Notes: generated by a model not told the origin, from the letters alone. Positions 22,068-32,159 are shown, counted from the stretch's first letter. The stretch: 64,000 nucleotides of DNA from Candidatus Omnitrophota bacterium (GCA_043821445.1 JBDRCT010000049.1:3872-67871); one strand, 5' to 3'. Translations and numbers: made by a program.

Positions 22068-23567
22068 ATGAAAACGGCGATCGCAAAAAATACAGATACC
22101 TGGCTCTTAGGCCGCATCAAAAAAGATGAGATCACAAAATATCTTGATCAGGGCCGTGATTTCATTGATGACGATGCGATCTGGAAAAAGATCGAAGCGG
22201 CCCGGGAGCCTGATGCATCCACCGTGCGCGCCATTCTCGCGCGTTCACTCGCCATCCAGACGCTTACACCGGAAGAGCTCGCGACTCTGATTCATGTGAA
22301 GGATCCCGGCATGCTTCGCGAAATGCAAGAAGCCGCCCTTGCGATCAAGAAAAAAGTCTATGACAACCGGATCGTTACTTTCGCGCCGCTTTATATGGGA
22401 AATTATTGCGTCAATAACTGCGCCTATTGCGGATTCAAGCATGAAAATCTCAGCACGAAGCGCCGCGTCCTTTCACAGGACGAGATCCGTAGGGAAACTG
22501 AAAGCCTGACGGGAAAGATCGGCCACAAGCGCATTATCGCGGTCTACGGAGAGCATCCGCTGACCGGGATCGATTATATCCTTGAAAGCATGAAGACGAT
22601 CTACGACGTGAGGGTACCGACCAAGCACGGTTTCGGCAATATCCGTCGTATCAATGTGAATGCCGCGCCGATGTCGATCGAAGAGCTCGTTCGTCTCAGG
22701 GACGGCGGCCTTGGGACTTATCAGGTGTTTCAGGAAACCTACCATCATGAGACCTACGCAAAACTTCATCCGAAAGGGACACTCAAATCCGATTATCGCT
22801 GGCGGCTCTATGCCATGCATCGCGCGATGGAAGCGGGGATCAATGACGTGGGGATCGGGGTCCTGTTCGGGCTTTATGATTGGCGTTTTGAAGTGATGGC
22901 GCTTCTTTATCACGCGATCCACCTTGAGGCCAAGATGGGGATCGGTCCCCATACGGTATCATTCCCGCGTATGGAGCCGGCGCTCAACTCTGAATACGCC
23001 GAACATTCCCCCTATAAAGTATCCGACGAGGATTTCAAGAAGATCATCCTGCTCATCCGTCTCGCCATTCCTTACACGGGCATGATCATTACGGCGCGGG
23101 AGACTGCCCAGATGCGGCGTGATGCGATCGGTCTCGGGATCACACAGACCGATGCTTCCACTAAGATCGGGATCGGAAGTTACAGCGAAGAGGGAAAGGG
23201 CCAGGAATCCGAACGTCAGCAGTTCCTGTTGGGCGACACCAGAAGTTTGGATGAATTAGTCCGGGATTTCGCGGCAATGGGGCACATTACTTCCTTTTGC
23301 ACCGCAGGATATCGTTGCGGCAGGACGGGCAAATGTATTATGGACCTCTTGCGCGGCGGCCAGGAAGGGAAGTTCTGCAAACTGAACGCTGTGCTGACCT
23401 TTCAGGAATGGCTGGATGATTTCGCCACTCCCGCGACGCGTGAAGTAGGGCTCCGGGTGCTGGAAAAAGAACTTGAAGAGATCAAGGTAAGAAATCCCCA
23501 GGGGTTCCCGGTCTTTTATCAATTTCTTGAACGTATTCGCAAAGGGGAGAGAGATCTGTTCCTTTAG
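22068..23567 (+). CDS. HydG/ThiH-family radical SAM enzyme
   Basis: 'GNYCVNNCAYCGF' CxxxCxxC; C-terminal extra cysteines 'FCTAGYRCGRTGKC...FC' as in HydG-type; 499 aa. Confidence 0.65.
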   Translation: MKTAIAKNTDTWLLGRIKKDEITKYLDQGRDFIDDDAIWKKIEAAREPDASTVRAILARSLAIQTLTPEELATLIHVKDPGMLREMQEAALAIKKKVYDNRIVTFAPLYMGNYCVNNCAYCGFKHENLSTKRRVLSQDEIRRETESLTGKIGHKRIIAVYGEHPLTGIDYILESMKTIYDVRVPTKHGFGNIRRINVNAAPMSIEELVRLRDGGLGTYQVFQETYHHETYAKLHPKGTLKSDYRWRLYAMHRAMEAGINDVGIGVLFGLYDWRFEVMALLYHAIHLEAKMGIGPHTVSFPRMEPALNSEYAEHSPYKVSDEDFKKIILLIRLAIPYTGMIITARETAQMRRDAIGLGITQTDASTKIGIGSYSEEGKGQESERQQFLLGDTRSLDELVRDFAAMGHITSFCTAGYRCGRTGKCIMDLLRGGQEGKFCKLNAVLTFQEWLDDFATPATREVGLRVLEKELEEIKVRNPQGFPVFYQFLERIRKGERDLFL

Positions 23568-23572
23568 GGGAT

Positions 23573-23645
23573 CGGGACTCGCTCCTCGCGCCTCGGGACT
23601 CGTAAAAACGAAGAGCCCAAACGAGTCCCTAGTCCCGTTTTTTTA
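23573..23645 (+). terminator. rho-independent terminator (compound hairpin CGGGACTCG...CGAGTCCCTAGTCCCG + T7)
   Basis: direct+inverted copies of CGGGACTCG followed by TTTTTTT. Confidence 0.5.
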
Positions 23646-24011
23646 AAGTGCTCAACTGGGTCAATCAAACTATGAAAACGGGCGCCTGTGCAAGGATTGT
23701 CTTGAGCGCCGGATCCGGGTGGCGGGTGCCGAAAGTGGCTATGGTGAATGGGGTGATCCGAGGCATTTTTTTAAAAACAGAAAGTTCTCTAAAAGCGGTA
23801 CCTAGTATTTGGTGCGCCCAGCCCCCGGAAAATTGCCAACGCTACGTGGTTTTTAATCAAATATTATGGACTGCGTTCTCGGTGCAGTATTTCTGTATTC
23901 TGAGCTTGATATCTTTAAAAAATATGATAGAACATAGTGCCGTTAAGTCGTCGAAAGCCTGTTTTGAGAACCCGCCCAGTCCCGGGACAGTGCAATCCAA
24001 TGAGGTGGATC

Positions 24012-24395
24012 ATGGATAAAAAAGAGTTCTATGCAAAGTCGGAAAAGATCATTAACGAGACCTTCGAGACTATCAAAAAGTACGCCAAGGTTATGGCGGA
24101 AAAGACGGGAGAGGCGGCGCATGTCACGCGTCTTCTGATCCAGAAAGCGACCCTGGAGCATCAGATGGCCAAGGCGTTCTCCCAACTGGGTAGCCAGGTC
24201 TATCAAACAACAGTGAGGCAAGGGGGAAAGCTCGAGCTTGACACTCCCGAGATGTTAAAAGTTCTTGGGGAGATCAAGAAACTCGACACCGAACTCGGCC
24301 AGGTCGAAGCGGTGCTTGAAAAAGAGCGCAAGGTCAAGGCCGTCAAGGAAGCCAAGCTGAAAGCCGTCCGGAAGCGCACGGGCAAGTCCTCATAA
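24012..24395 (+). CDS. hypothetical coiled-coil protein
   Basis: 127 aa, K/E-rich heptad-like sequence; no recognisable family. Confidence 0.4.
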   Translation: MDKKEFYAKSEKIINETFETIKKYAKVMAEKTGEAAHVTRLLIQKATLEHQMAKAFSQLGSQVYQTTVRQGGKLELDTPEMLKVLGEIKKLDTELGQVEAVLEKERKVKAVKEAKLKAVRKRTGKSS

Positions 24396-24474
24396 AGATT
24401 GACGCACCTAGCTTTAATTAGAATTGAACGGCAGCTAGGGCAACTCTTGGAATAAAAAGTAGATTTTGATTTGA

Positions 24475-24556
24475 GCGCGGGTGGTGAAACTGGCAGACAC
24501 GCCAGCTTGAGGGGCTGGTTCCGCAAGGAGTGCAGGTTCAAGTCCTGTCCCGCGCA
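24475..24556 (+). tRNA. tRNA-Leu (anticodon GAG)
   Basis: GCGCGGGTGGTGAAACTGGCAGACACGCCAGCTTGAGGGGCTGG...long variable arm...GGTTCAAGTCC...CCCGCGCA; anticodon loop TT-GAG-GG. Confidence 0.8.
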
Positions 24557-24591
24557 TTTTTTTTGATGGTTCCATAACTTCGGAGCAGTGA

Positions 24592-25965
24592 ATGACGATT
24601 CCATCCCATATTTTCAGAGAATACGATATCCGCGGTACTGCGGGAAAAGAACTCACCGAAGAGGTCGCGCTTGCGATCGGGAGGTCTTTTGGAACTCTGC
24701 TTGTCCGCGAGGGAAAACACACCCTCGCGATCGGTCACGACCATCGCTGGAGCGCGGAATTCCTCTACCGGGGTCTTTCGAAAGGACTCCAGAGTTGCGG
24801 CCTTACGGTGATCGAGATCGGTCTTGTCCCGACGCCGCTTGTTTATTTCTATGTCATACACAACAAACTCGATGCCGGCATTTCTCTTTCCGGTTCCCAC
24901 AATCCTCCGGATGAGAACGGTTTCAAGTTCCATCATTCCGGACGTTCCTTTTACGGAAAAGATATTCAGGGTCTCCGCGAGTTGATCGAGAAGAATGATT
25001 TTGTGACCAGCCAAGGCAAGGTTGAGCGCCCGGACCATGACGCGCTTGTGAAGGCCTACCAGGATTTTATTTTCAGCGGATTCAAATTCACAAAAAAACT
25101 CAAGGTGATCATGGATACAGGGCACGGGATGGCGGCCGTGACGGCCCCCGCCCTTATTCGCCGCTTTGGGCACGACGTTACCGTGCTTTACGAGAACCTC
25201 GATCCTAAAATGCCGGACCATCAGGCTGACCCTTCAGTGCTCGCCAATATGAAAGCGCTCCAGCAAAAGGTCGTGGACGCCAGGGCGGATATCGGGATCG
25301 CATTCGACGGGGACGCGGACCGCATCGGCGTGGTGGATGAGAAAGGGCAGATCATTTTCGGGGATAAACTTCTTCTTCTCTACGCTCGCGAGATCCTCGC
25401 CCGCAAACCCGGATCGATCATCATCGGGGACGTGAAAAGCTCAAAACAGATCTATGACGATATCGCCAAACGCGGCGGGAAACCCCTAATGTGGAAAACC
25501 GGGCATTCCCTTATCAAGGCCAAGATGAAGGAAACCCACGCCGAGATGGCCGGGGAAATGAGCGGGCACATGTTCTTCAATGACAGGTGGCTCGGTTTCG
25601 ACGACGCGGTCTACGCGGCATGCCGTATTCTTGAGATCCTCGACAAGGCGAATGCGCCGCTTTCCTCGCTTTTAGCGGACATACCACAACTTGTTTCGAC
25701 GCCGGAGATCCGTTTTAACTGCCCCGAAGAGATCAAGTTCAAAGTCGTGGCCCAGGCGGTCGCGGACCTGAAAAAGAAATATGAAGTGGTTGACATCGAC
25801 GGTGCAAGAGTCCAGTTCCCGGACGGATGGGGGCTTGTGCGCGCTTCCAATACCCAGCCGGTGCTTGTGATGCGCTTTGAGGCCGCGACGCAGAAGCGCC
25901 TTGAGGAGATCCGCGCGATCGTTGAAAACGAGATCACCGCACTCATGCGTGAGATGAGCCGATGA
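24592..25965 (+). CDS. manB: phosphomannomutase/phosphoglucomutase
   Basis: 'FREYDIRGTAGKELTEE' N-terminus, 'SGSHNPPDENGFKF' phosphoserine loop, 'DGDADR' Mg site. Confidence 0.85.
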   Translation: MTIPSHIFREYDIRGTAGKELTEEVALAIGRSFGTLLVREGKHTLAIGHDHRWSAEFLYRGLSKGLQSCGLTVIEIGLVPTPLVYFYVIHNKLDAGISLSGSHNPPDENGFKFHHSGRSFYGKDIQGLRELIEKNDFVTSQGKVERPDHDALVKAYQDFIFSGFKFTKKLKVIMDTGHGMAAVTAPALIRRFGHDVTVLYENLDPKMPDHQADPSVLANMKALQQKVVDARADIGIAFDGDADRIGVVDEKGQIIFGDKLLLLYAREILARKPGSIIIGDVKSSKQIYDDIAKRGGKPLMWKTGHSLIKAKMKETHAEMAGEMSGHMFFNDRWLGFDDAVYAACRILEILDKANAPLSSLLADIPQLVSTPEIRFNCPEEIKFKVVAQAVADLKKKYEVVDIDGARVQFPDGWGLVRASNTQPVLVMRFEAATQKRLEEIRAIVENEITALMREMSR

Positions 25966-27026
25966 ACTGGGCGGTCATCATGGCCGGCGGGAGCGGCACG
26001 CGCTTCTGGCCGGAAAGCCGTAAACATCGCGCCAAACAGTTCCTCAACCTCTTCGGCCCTAAGACGCTGCTTGAACAAACCTTCGACCGCGTCAAAAAAG
26101 TGATATCTCCGTCCCGCATTCTTGTCTTCACCGCTTTGGACAAAGCCGCCTCAACGGCGAGATTGCTCCCTATTCCGCGCGGGCACGTGATCGGGGAGCC
26201 GGCCGGACGCAACACGGCGCCGTGCGCGGCGTGGGCCGCATCGCTCGTCTTGCGAAAAGACCCCTCGGCGGTCCTGGGTATTTTCCCCGCGGACCATTTC
26301 ATCAAGGATGAGACCACTTTCGCGAAAGTTCTCCGGATCGCCTACGGCCAAGCGGATGAATCAGGGATGCCTGTAACGCTTGGGATCAAACCCGATCAGC
26401 CTCACACGGGATACGGTTATCTCGAAATGGCCGGAAAGAAGACCGCGGTTCGCGGCGTGCCTGTCTTTTTTCTCAAATACTTTCACGAGAAGCCGGGGTT
26501 CGCACAGGCACGGGCGTATTTCCGCTCGAAAAAATTTCTTTGGAATGCCGGGATCTTTATTTGGCGCGCGGATTGCTTGCTCGAAACCACACGCCGTGAG
26601 CTTCCTTCTGTTTTTAAAACGGTTGTAAAACTTGCAGCCGGAGGACTTTCCGCGGCAACCGTTAAAAAGCTCTTCGACAAAGTCCCGAGTGTCTCGATCG
26701 ATCATGGGCTGATGGAAAAGCTTTCCGGCAGCATTCTGACGATTCCGGTCGCGATGGGATGGAATGATGTCGGAAGCTGGGCGACGCTCAGGGGTCTCTT
26801 GCCGGTCGACTGCAGCGGGAATCTCTCCATGGGTAACAATATCCTAGTGGAGAGTTCCGGTAACGTTGTGAAAGGAGCGGGACGCCTCATCGCCACCGTG
26901 GGCCTCAAAGATCATGTGGTGGTCGACACCGGGGATGCGGTCCTCGTCTGTCCGTTGAGCGAAACGGAATCCATCCGTAAGATCGTTCTTGAACTTCAAA
27001 AAAGGAATATGCACCGTTTTCTCTAA
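25962..27026 (+). CDS. manC: mannose-1-phosphate guanylyltransferase
   Basis: 'AVIMAGGSGTRFWPESR' NTP-transferase G-loop; 354 aa; translationally coupled to manB. Confidence 0.8.
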   Translation: MNWAVIMAGGSGTRFWPESRKHRAKQFLNLFGPKTLLEQTFDRVKKVISPSRILVFTALDKAASTARLLPIPRGHVIGEPAGRNTAPCAAWAASLVLRKDPSAVLGIFPADHFIKDETTFAKVLRIAYGQADESGMPVTLGIKPDQPHTGYGYLEMAGKKTAVRGVPVFFLKYFHEKPGFAQARAYFRSKKFLWNAGIFIWRADCLLETTRRELPSVFKTVVKLAAGGLSAATVKKLFDKVPSVSIDHGLMEKLSGSILTIPVAMGWNDVGSWATLRGLLPVDCSGNLSMGNNILVESSGNVVKGAGRLIATVGLKDHVVVDTGDAVLVCPLSETESIRKIVLELQKRNMHRFL

Positions 27027-27119
27027 TACCGCGTTGCTATTGATTTTAAGGGGTCGCGGTATTGTACCGTTAACCCGTAAAAATAAATGAAAAACGGTAT
27101 TAACCATAGGAGATTTACC

Positions 27120-27350
27120 ATGAAAATGTCTCACAAGTTCTTAGCGTTGTTTCTTTTAGCGTTGGCGCTTTCAGGTTGTTCGTCATGTCCGTTCAAGAAA
27201 AAAGCGGTGGAAACGCCGGCGCCTGAAACCGTTCAAGCCGTAGCGGCGCCGGTCGTGCCCGCAGTGGTGCAGGAATCCGCCCCCACCATGCCCGCGGAGC
27301 CTGCCGAAGAGTCTGTTCCAGCCGCGACGAGAAGATACGTAAATAAATAA
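27120..27350 (+). CDS. small lipoprotein with Pro/Ala-rich tail
   Basis: 'MKMSHKFLALFLLALALSGCSSC' lipobox. Confidence 0.4.
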   Translation: MKMSHKFLALFLLALALSGCSSCPFKKKAVETPAPETVQAVAAPVVPAVVQESAPTMPAEPAEESVPAATRRYVNK

Positions 27351-27356
27351 ATATTC

Positions 27357-27398
27357 GGGGAGCGGGTGCCTGTAAAGAGCCTGCTCCCCGGACTTTTT
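27357..27398 (+). terminator. rho-independent terminator (GGGGAGC...GCTCCCC + T-run)
   Basis: hairpin followed by GGACTTTTTG. Confidence 0.45.
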
Positions 27399-27543
27399 GC
27401 GCCTGATTTTCTATTAAGAAAAAGATCGGGAAATCAGTGCTGTCCAAATCGCCATTCAGAAAAGAAAACGGAAGATTTGGGCGCGGCGCTTCCGACTTGC
27501 CGCGCAGGTCTTTCGTTAATAGGTTTCTCCCGGAGGTTTTACT

Positions 27544-28374
27544 GTGACCTTGTGGCAAGCGGTGGTGTTAGGGATCGTCCAGGGACTTACGGAGTTCCTT
27601 CCGGTCTCCAGTTCCGGCCATTTGGTGCTTTTTCAGAATCTCTTCGGGATGAAAGAGCCGATGCTGGCGTTCGATATCGCCCTGCACGGCGGAACGCTTC
27701 TTGCGATCGCGACCTTCTTTTACAAGGACATCCTCGATATCCTGAAGGATTTCACTGGGAGCGTTCAAAGAGCTATTTCCAAAAAGCCCGCTTCCGCTGC
27801 AAGTGTCCAACCACCCCATCGGGGACTCTGGGTCTGCATTCTGATCACGCTCGTTCCGACCGGGATCTTGGCCGTTTGCTTCAAGCATCTTTTTGAGACT
27901 GCTTTTGCGAATCTCGCCTTTGTGGCCGCGGCGTGGTTCGTGATGGGCCTTCTTCTGATCCTGAGCGAACGGTTCCAAAAGGGGCAAAGGGATCTTTCTT
28001 TGATCCACTACGGCGACGCGTTTTGGATCGGCTTGGCCCAGGGGATCGCTCTTTTGCCGGGGGTCTCACGCTCGGGAAGCACGATCCTTGCGGGCATGTT
28101 TCTGGGGATCAAAAAAGAGGATGCCGCAAAATTCTCGTTCCTGATCTTTATCCCTGCGATGGTGGGAGCGATCGTGATGGACCTCAAAGAAGGGATCCCA
28201 TACTTTTCATCGAACGCAGCGGTCGTTCTGGCCGGATTTCTCGCGGCCTCGGTCGCGGGATATCTTGTCATCCGCTGGCTTATGGGTCTCATCCGGAAGG
28301 GCCGCTTTTTCATCTTTGGCTACTACTGCATTGCCGTGAGTCTCTTTGCGTGGGTCGTTGCGATCCTTTCCTGA
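27544..28374 (+). CDS. uppP: undecaprenyl-diphosphate phosphatase
   Basis: 'GIVQGLTEFLPVSSSGHL' and 'GVSRSGSTI' BacA motifs; GTG start. Confidence 0.85.
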   Translation: MTLWQAVVLGIVQGLTEFLPVSSSGHLVLFQNLFGMKEPMLAFDIALHGGTLLAIATFFYKDILDILKDFTGSVQRAISKKPASAASVQPPHRGLWVCILITLVPTGILAVCFKHLFETAFANLAFVAAAWFVMGLLLILSERFQKGQRDLSLIHYGDAFWIGLAQGIALLPGVSRSGSTILAGMFLGIKKEDAAKFSFLIFIPAMVGAIVMDLKEGIPYFSSNAAVVLAGFLAASVAGYLVIRWLMGLIRKGRFFIFGYYCIAVSLFAWVVAILS

Positions 28375-28378
28375 AGAC

Positions 28379-29644
28379 ATGAAAACCGTTCGTTGCGTCC
28401 TCCAACGGGGTAAGGAACGACCCGTCAAGAACCGTCATCCCTGGATATTCTCCGGCGCGATCGACCGGATCGACGAGGGGTTCGAGCCCGGCGATCTTGT
28501 CCGCGTTCTCTCCGACAAAGACGAATTCCTCGGGGTGGGTTATCTCAATCCTGAGTCCCAGATCGTGGTGCGCATGCTGGCGTTCGAGGATATCACGATC
28601 GATGAGTCGTTCTTTGATGAAAAGATCGGATACGCACTTGAGATGCGCAAGCGGTTCCTGCCTTTGTCCTCCCATTTTGCTTCAAAAGGGTCGACAAAGG
28701 CAGGCACTGATTTCCTTGAAAAAAAAATTAATGAAAATCATGTGCTGCCGGCTGAGACGAATGCCTACAGGCTTGTCCATTCCGAAGGGGACTTTCTTCC
28801 GGGGCTCGTTGTGGACGTCTACGGGGACTTTCTGGTCGCGGAGTTCAATACGGCCGGGATCGACGCATGGAAGCCGGCGATCGTGAAATGTCTTCAAAAA
28901 TATTTCCCCGCGCATTCCATCTTCGAACGGAGCGATTCAGATCTCCGAAAATGGGAGGGCCTCAAGCGTTCCGTGGGCGTGCTCACAGGGAAGGAGCTTC
29001 CGGAAGCGATCGAGGTCCTGGAGAACGGACTTCTCTTCGGTGTCGATATCAAAGGCGGGCAGAAGACGGGATTTTTTCTCGACCAGCGGGAAAGCCGCCA
29101 GTACGTCCGGGGAATAAGCGCTGGCAAGCGAGTGCTCAATTGTTTTGCCTATACGGGTGGATTCTCTGTTTACGCGGCCAAAGGCGGCGCGAGGGAAGTC
29201 GTGTCCGTGGAATCGTCCGAATCCGCGGTTGCCATGGGGCGAAAGAATTTCGAGAGGAATCAGCTCGGCGCGGACGCGGGCGTTTGGGCCCAGCAGGATG
29301 TTTTTGATTACTTGCGCACGACAAAAAAAGAATTCGATATGATCATCCTCGATCCGCCGGCCTTTTGTAAAAGTAAAAGCCAGGTCCAGCATGCCGCGCG
29401 GGGTTATAAGGATATCAACCTGCAGGCCCTGAGGCAGCTCCCGAGAGGCGGTCTGCTTTTCACATTCTCGTGTTCGTCTTACATCACGCCGGACCTTTTT
29501 CAAAAGATCGTCTTCGGTGCCGCTTCTGACGCGAAACGCGACGTCAGGATCCTCAAGAAAACCTCCCACGCGTTCGACCATCCGATCAATATCTATCACC
29601 CCGAAGGCGAATACCTTAAGGGACTTCTCTGCGAAGTCGTTTGA
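28379..29644 (+). CDS. class I SAM-dependent rRNA methyltransferase, RlmI/RlmK-like (PUA + MTase)
   Basis: N-terminal PUA-like region, 'VLNCFAYTGGFSVYAA' SAM motif I, 'ILDPPAF' motif IV. Confidence 0.7.
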   Translation: MKTVRCVLQRGKERPVKNRHPWIFSGAIDRIDEGFEPGDLVRVLSDKDEFLGVGYLNPESQIVVRMLAFEDITIDESFFDEKIGYALEMRKRFLPLSSHFASKGSTKAGTDFLEKKINENHVLPAETNAYRLVHSEGDFLPGLVVDVYGDFLVAEFNTAGIDAWKPAIVKCLQKYFPAHSIFERSDSDLRKWEGLKRSVGVLTGKELPEAIEVLENGLLFGVDIKGGQKTGFFLDQRESRQYVRGISAGKRVLNCFAYTGGFSVYAAKGGAREVVSVESSESAVAMGRKNFERNQLGADAGVWAQQDVFDYLRTTKKEFDMIILDPPAFCKSKSQVQHAARGYKDINLQALRQLPRGGLLFTFSCSSYITPDLFQKIVFGAASDAKRDVRILKKTSHAFDHPINIYHPEGEYLKGLLCEVV

Positions 29645-29645
29645 G

Positions 29646-30155
29646 ATGAAAAAGGGGACACGAGTCAGCTTTGCTCCGATGGTTTATCCCGGCGCCAAGA
29701 TTCTGATCCTCGGATCCATGCCGGGGGAGAGGTCGCTTCAACTGAAGCAGTATTACGGCCACTCGATGAACCAGTTCTGGCGCGTTCTCCAAGAGATTTT
29801 TGGCGCCGGCGAACTCCGAAATTATCAGAGTAAAAAGACCCTGCTTCGGGATCATGGGATCGCCCTGTGGGATGTCGTGAGGCATTGTCATCGCCGCGGA
29901 TCCTCGGATCTGTCGATCCGGAAGGCCAAGGCCAATGACATCTCTGGATTTATAAAAAAACATCCCGGCATTCGTCATATCCTGTTGAATGGAAGAACAG
30001 CTGAGAAATATTTTGCCCGTTTCTTCGGCCGGGCGATGTGCTTGCCATACGATTATGTGCCTTCGACCAGCCCCGCTCATGCGGGGCTGGGTTTTAAGAC
30101 CAAGGTCCGGTTATGGAAACGGGCGTTTACAAAAGCGGGTATCCGGCACGTATAA
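29646..30155 (+). CDS. uracil-DNA glycosylase superfamily protein (DNA-deoxyinosine glycosylase-like)
   Basis: 'ILILGSMPGERSLQLKQYYGHSMNQFW' UDG-fold motif region; 169 aa. Confidence 0.45.
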   Translation: MKKGTRVSFAPMVYPGAKILILGSMPGERSLQLKQYYGHSMNQFWRVLQEIFGAGELRNYQSKKTLLRDHGIALWDVVRHCHRRGSSDLSIRKAKANDISGFIKKHPGIRHILLNGRTAEKYFARFFGRAMCLPYDYVPSTSPAHAGLGFKTKVRLWKRAFTKAGIRHV

Positions 30156-30182
30156 ACAATGCCGGTATTTGGATGTATTGCC

Positions 30183-31160
30183 CTAAGGAAGTAAAACCAC
30201 TTTCAGGGTTTGTTTTGCGTCGGTGACGAGGCGGAAACCTTCCTGGATTTTCGCGAGCGGGAGCTTGTGGGTGATCAAGTCTTTTGCAGGGATCTTGCCT
30301 TCGCTGATCAAGCGGAGCGCGTTCTCCAGATCGTCCGGCGCCGCGCCGTAAGAAGAGGTCACCGTCATTTCATTTCTCCAAAGATCCACGGTCGGAAACT
30401 GGATGTCAGTTTCCGGGATGGCGAAAAGCAGCAAAGTGCCTTTCCGGTCAAGGGACTGAAAGGCCTGTTTTACCGCCGGGAGAGCTCCGGTGCAAAGGAT
30501 GACTTTTTCCGCTTTGATGGTGGGAAGGTTTTTCGGATCAAAAACTTCATCGGCGCCGCATGCCTTGGCTTTCTCCCTCCGGCATTCTTCCGTATCCGTT
30601 GAGATCACCTTGGCCCCGTGCAATTTGGCGACCCAAATATTGAGAAGGCCCGAGATCCCGCATCCCAGGATCAATACGGTTTGACCCTTTTTGACGCCGA
30701 TGGCCTCCTGGCCCCTGAGCACGCACGCCAGAGGTTCGATCATCGTCCCTTCTTCGTAGGAAACATTCTCCGGCAGGACATAGACCCCGTGGTCGACATT
30801 GATCTTGGGGACTCTGACAAATTCGCTGTAACCGCCAGGATCGTAATTGCCGGTGTGCAGGGTTTCGCAGGCCGTGGGGTGGCCTTCTTTGCAGTATTTA
30901 CACGTGTAGCAGGGGACGTGATGGCTGACAAAGACCCGCTGGCCTGTTTGATATTCCGGAGAGTTTGACTCGACCACATCGCCCGATATTTCATGGCCCA
31001 GGATCCTCGGGGCTTTCTTGATCCGGTACCATTCCATGACATCGGTGCCGCAGATCCCGCTTGCCCGAACCTTGACGAGGATCTCGCCCTCGCCGATCTT
31101 AGGGACGGGGCGCTCTTCCAGGCGTATGTCGCAGTTATTGTAATAGACCGCTACTTTCAT
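30183..31160 (-). CDS. zinc-dependent alcohol dehydrogenase (MDR family)
   Basis: 'GICGTDV...GHEISG' catalytic Zn, 'CYTCKYCKEG' structural Zn, 'LILGCGISGL' Rossmann. Confidence 0.8.
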   Translation of the reverse strand: MKVAVYYNNCDIRLEERPVPKIGEGEILVKVRASGICGTDVMEWYRIKKAPRILGHEISGDVVESNSPEYQTGQRVFVSHHVPCYTCKYCKEGHPTACETLHTGNYDPGGYSEFVRVPKINVDHGVYVLPENVSYEEGTMIEPLACVLRGQEAIGVKKGQTVLILGCGISGLLNIWVAKLHGAKVISTDTEECRREKAKACGADEVFDPKNLPTIKAEKVILCTGALPAVKQAFQSLDRKGTLLLFAIPETDIQFPTVDLWRNEMTVTSSYGAAPDDLENALRLISEGKIPAKDLITHKLPLAKIQEGFRLVTDAKQTLKVVLLP

Positions 31161-31189
31161 AATTTTAGGAATAAGAACACTTTCTGGAT

Positions 31190-31275
31190 GCTCACAGTGA
31201 ATGGGCTAGAAGCAAGATTCAGAGAAGCAGAGAGGCATAGATCTTTTCTTTGTTTCTTGTCTCTATGTTTCTTAT
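31190..31275. repeat. hairpin element AGAAGCAAGA...GAGGCATAGATC...CTTGTCTCTATGTTTCT (related copy at 32905-32990)
   Basis: shared ~50-nt similarity between two intergenic terminator-like hairpins. Confidence 0.35.
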
Positions 31276-32159
31276 TTTTCCGGGGTATTGCGCCGCACTT
31301 GCTCGCAGTAGACTTCGTGCGCTTCTTTGGCCGTCGCGTTGTGGTGAATGATGGCATTTAAAGCCGCAGCCATCGGAAGAGGGTGCGGGTTTTGCCAGAC
31401 ATTGCGGCCAAGATTGATCCCGACCGCGCCTTTCTGCATGCCGTCCGCGACGAATTCCAGGACCTCAAGCTCGGTCTCGCATTTCGGGCCGCCGGCCATC
31501 ACCACCGGGACCGGGCATCCCCGGACGACCTTGTCAAAATCCTTTTCACACCAATAGGTCTTGACCACACGCGCGCCGAGTTCGGCGGCGATACGGCACG
31601 CGAGAGCCAAATACCGAGCGTCGCGTTTTTCCATCTCTCTTCCCACGGCAGTGACGGCCATCACCGGGATCCCATAGCTCTCACACTCGTTGACGAGTTT
31701 CGAAAGATTGGAAAGCGTCTGCTTTTCATAATCGCTTCCGACGAAGATGGAAACGCCCACGGCCGCAACGTTCAGCCGTATGATCTCTTCGATAGACGTG
31801 GTGACGACTTCGTTGGCAAGGTCTTTGCCGACCATGCTGGTGCCGCCCGAGACCCTCAAAATAACGGGCTTTCCGAAGGTCGGGGGGATGACCGCGCGTA
31901 ACGTGCCCCGCGTGCAAAAAAGCGCGTCAAAATGGGCCACGAGGGGTCTGATCGTTTCCCACGGTTGCTCGAGCCCGGTGGTCGGCCCCTGGAAATAACC
32001 GTGATCGATCGGCATGAAAAAACAATGGCCGTTCGGCATGAGTTGATTCAATCTGTTCTTCATTCCCCAGTCCATCATAGGACCTCCTTGAGCATTGTTC
32101 GTGAGTTGGTCCCTAAGGCACAGGTACTCCATGACCCTCTGCCCCTTAGGCATGTTCAA
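31272..32159 (-). CDS. class I aldolase, DhnA/FbaB family (fructose-bisphosphate aldolase or ADH-synthase-like)
   Basis: 'FFMPIDHGYFQGP' and TIM-barrel Lys-region consistent with DhnA family; alternative start sites possible. Confidence 0.5.
   Translation of the reverse strand: MNMPKGQRVMEYLCLRDQLTNNAQGGPMMDWGMKNRLNQLMPNGHCFFMPIDHGYFQGPTTGLEQPWETIRPLVAHFDALFCTRGTLRAVIPPTFGKPVILRVSGGTSMVGKDLANEVVTTSIEEIIRLNVAAVGVSIFVGSDYEKQTLSNLSKLVNECESYGIPVMAVTAVGREMEKRDARYLALACRIAAELGARVVKTYWCEKDFDKVVRGCPVPVVMAGGPKCETELEVLEFVADGMQKGAVGINLGRNVWQNPHPLPMAAALNAIIHHNATAKEAHEVYCEQVRRNTPEK

Noticed and set aside
20760-23567. Presence of an [FeFe] hydrogenase (hydA/hydF) partner for the HydE/HydG-like genes within the window
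   Set aside because: No H-cluster motifs (e.g. TSCCPxW) or HydF GTPase found in any frame of this window.
23648-24019. 123-aa ORF downstream of hydrogenase operon
   Set aside because: No RBS, atypical composition, overlaps the next gene's start; more likely non-coding leader.
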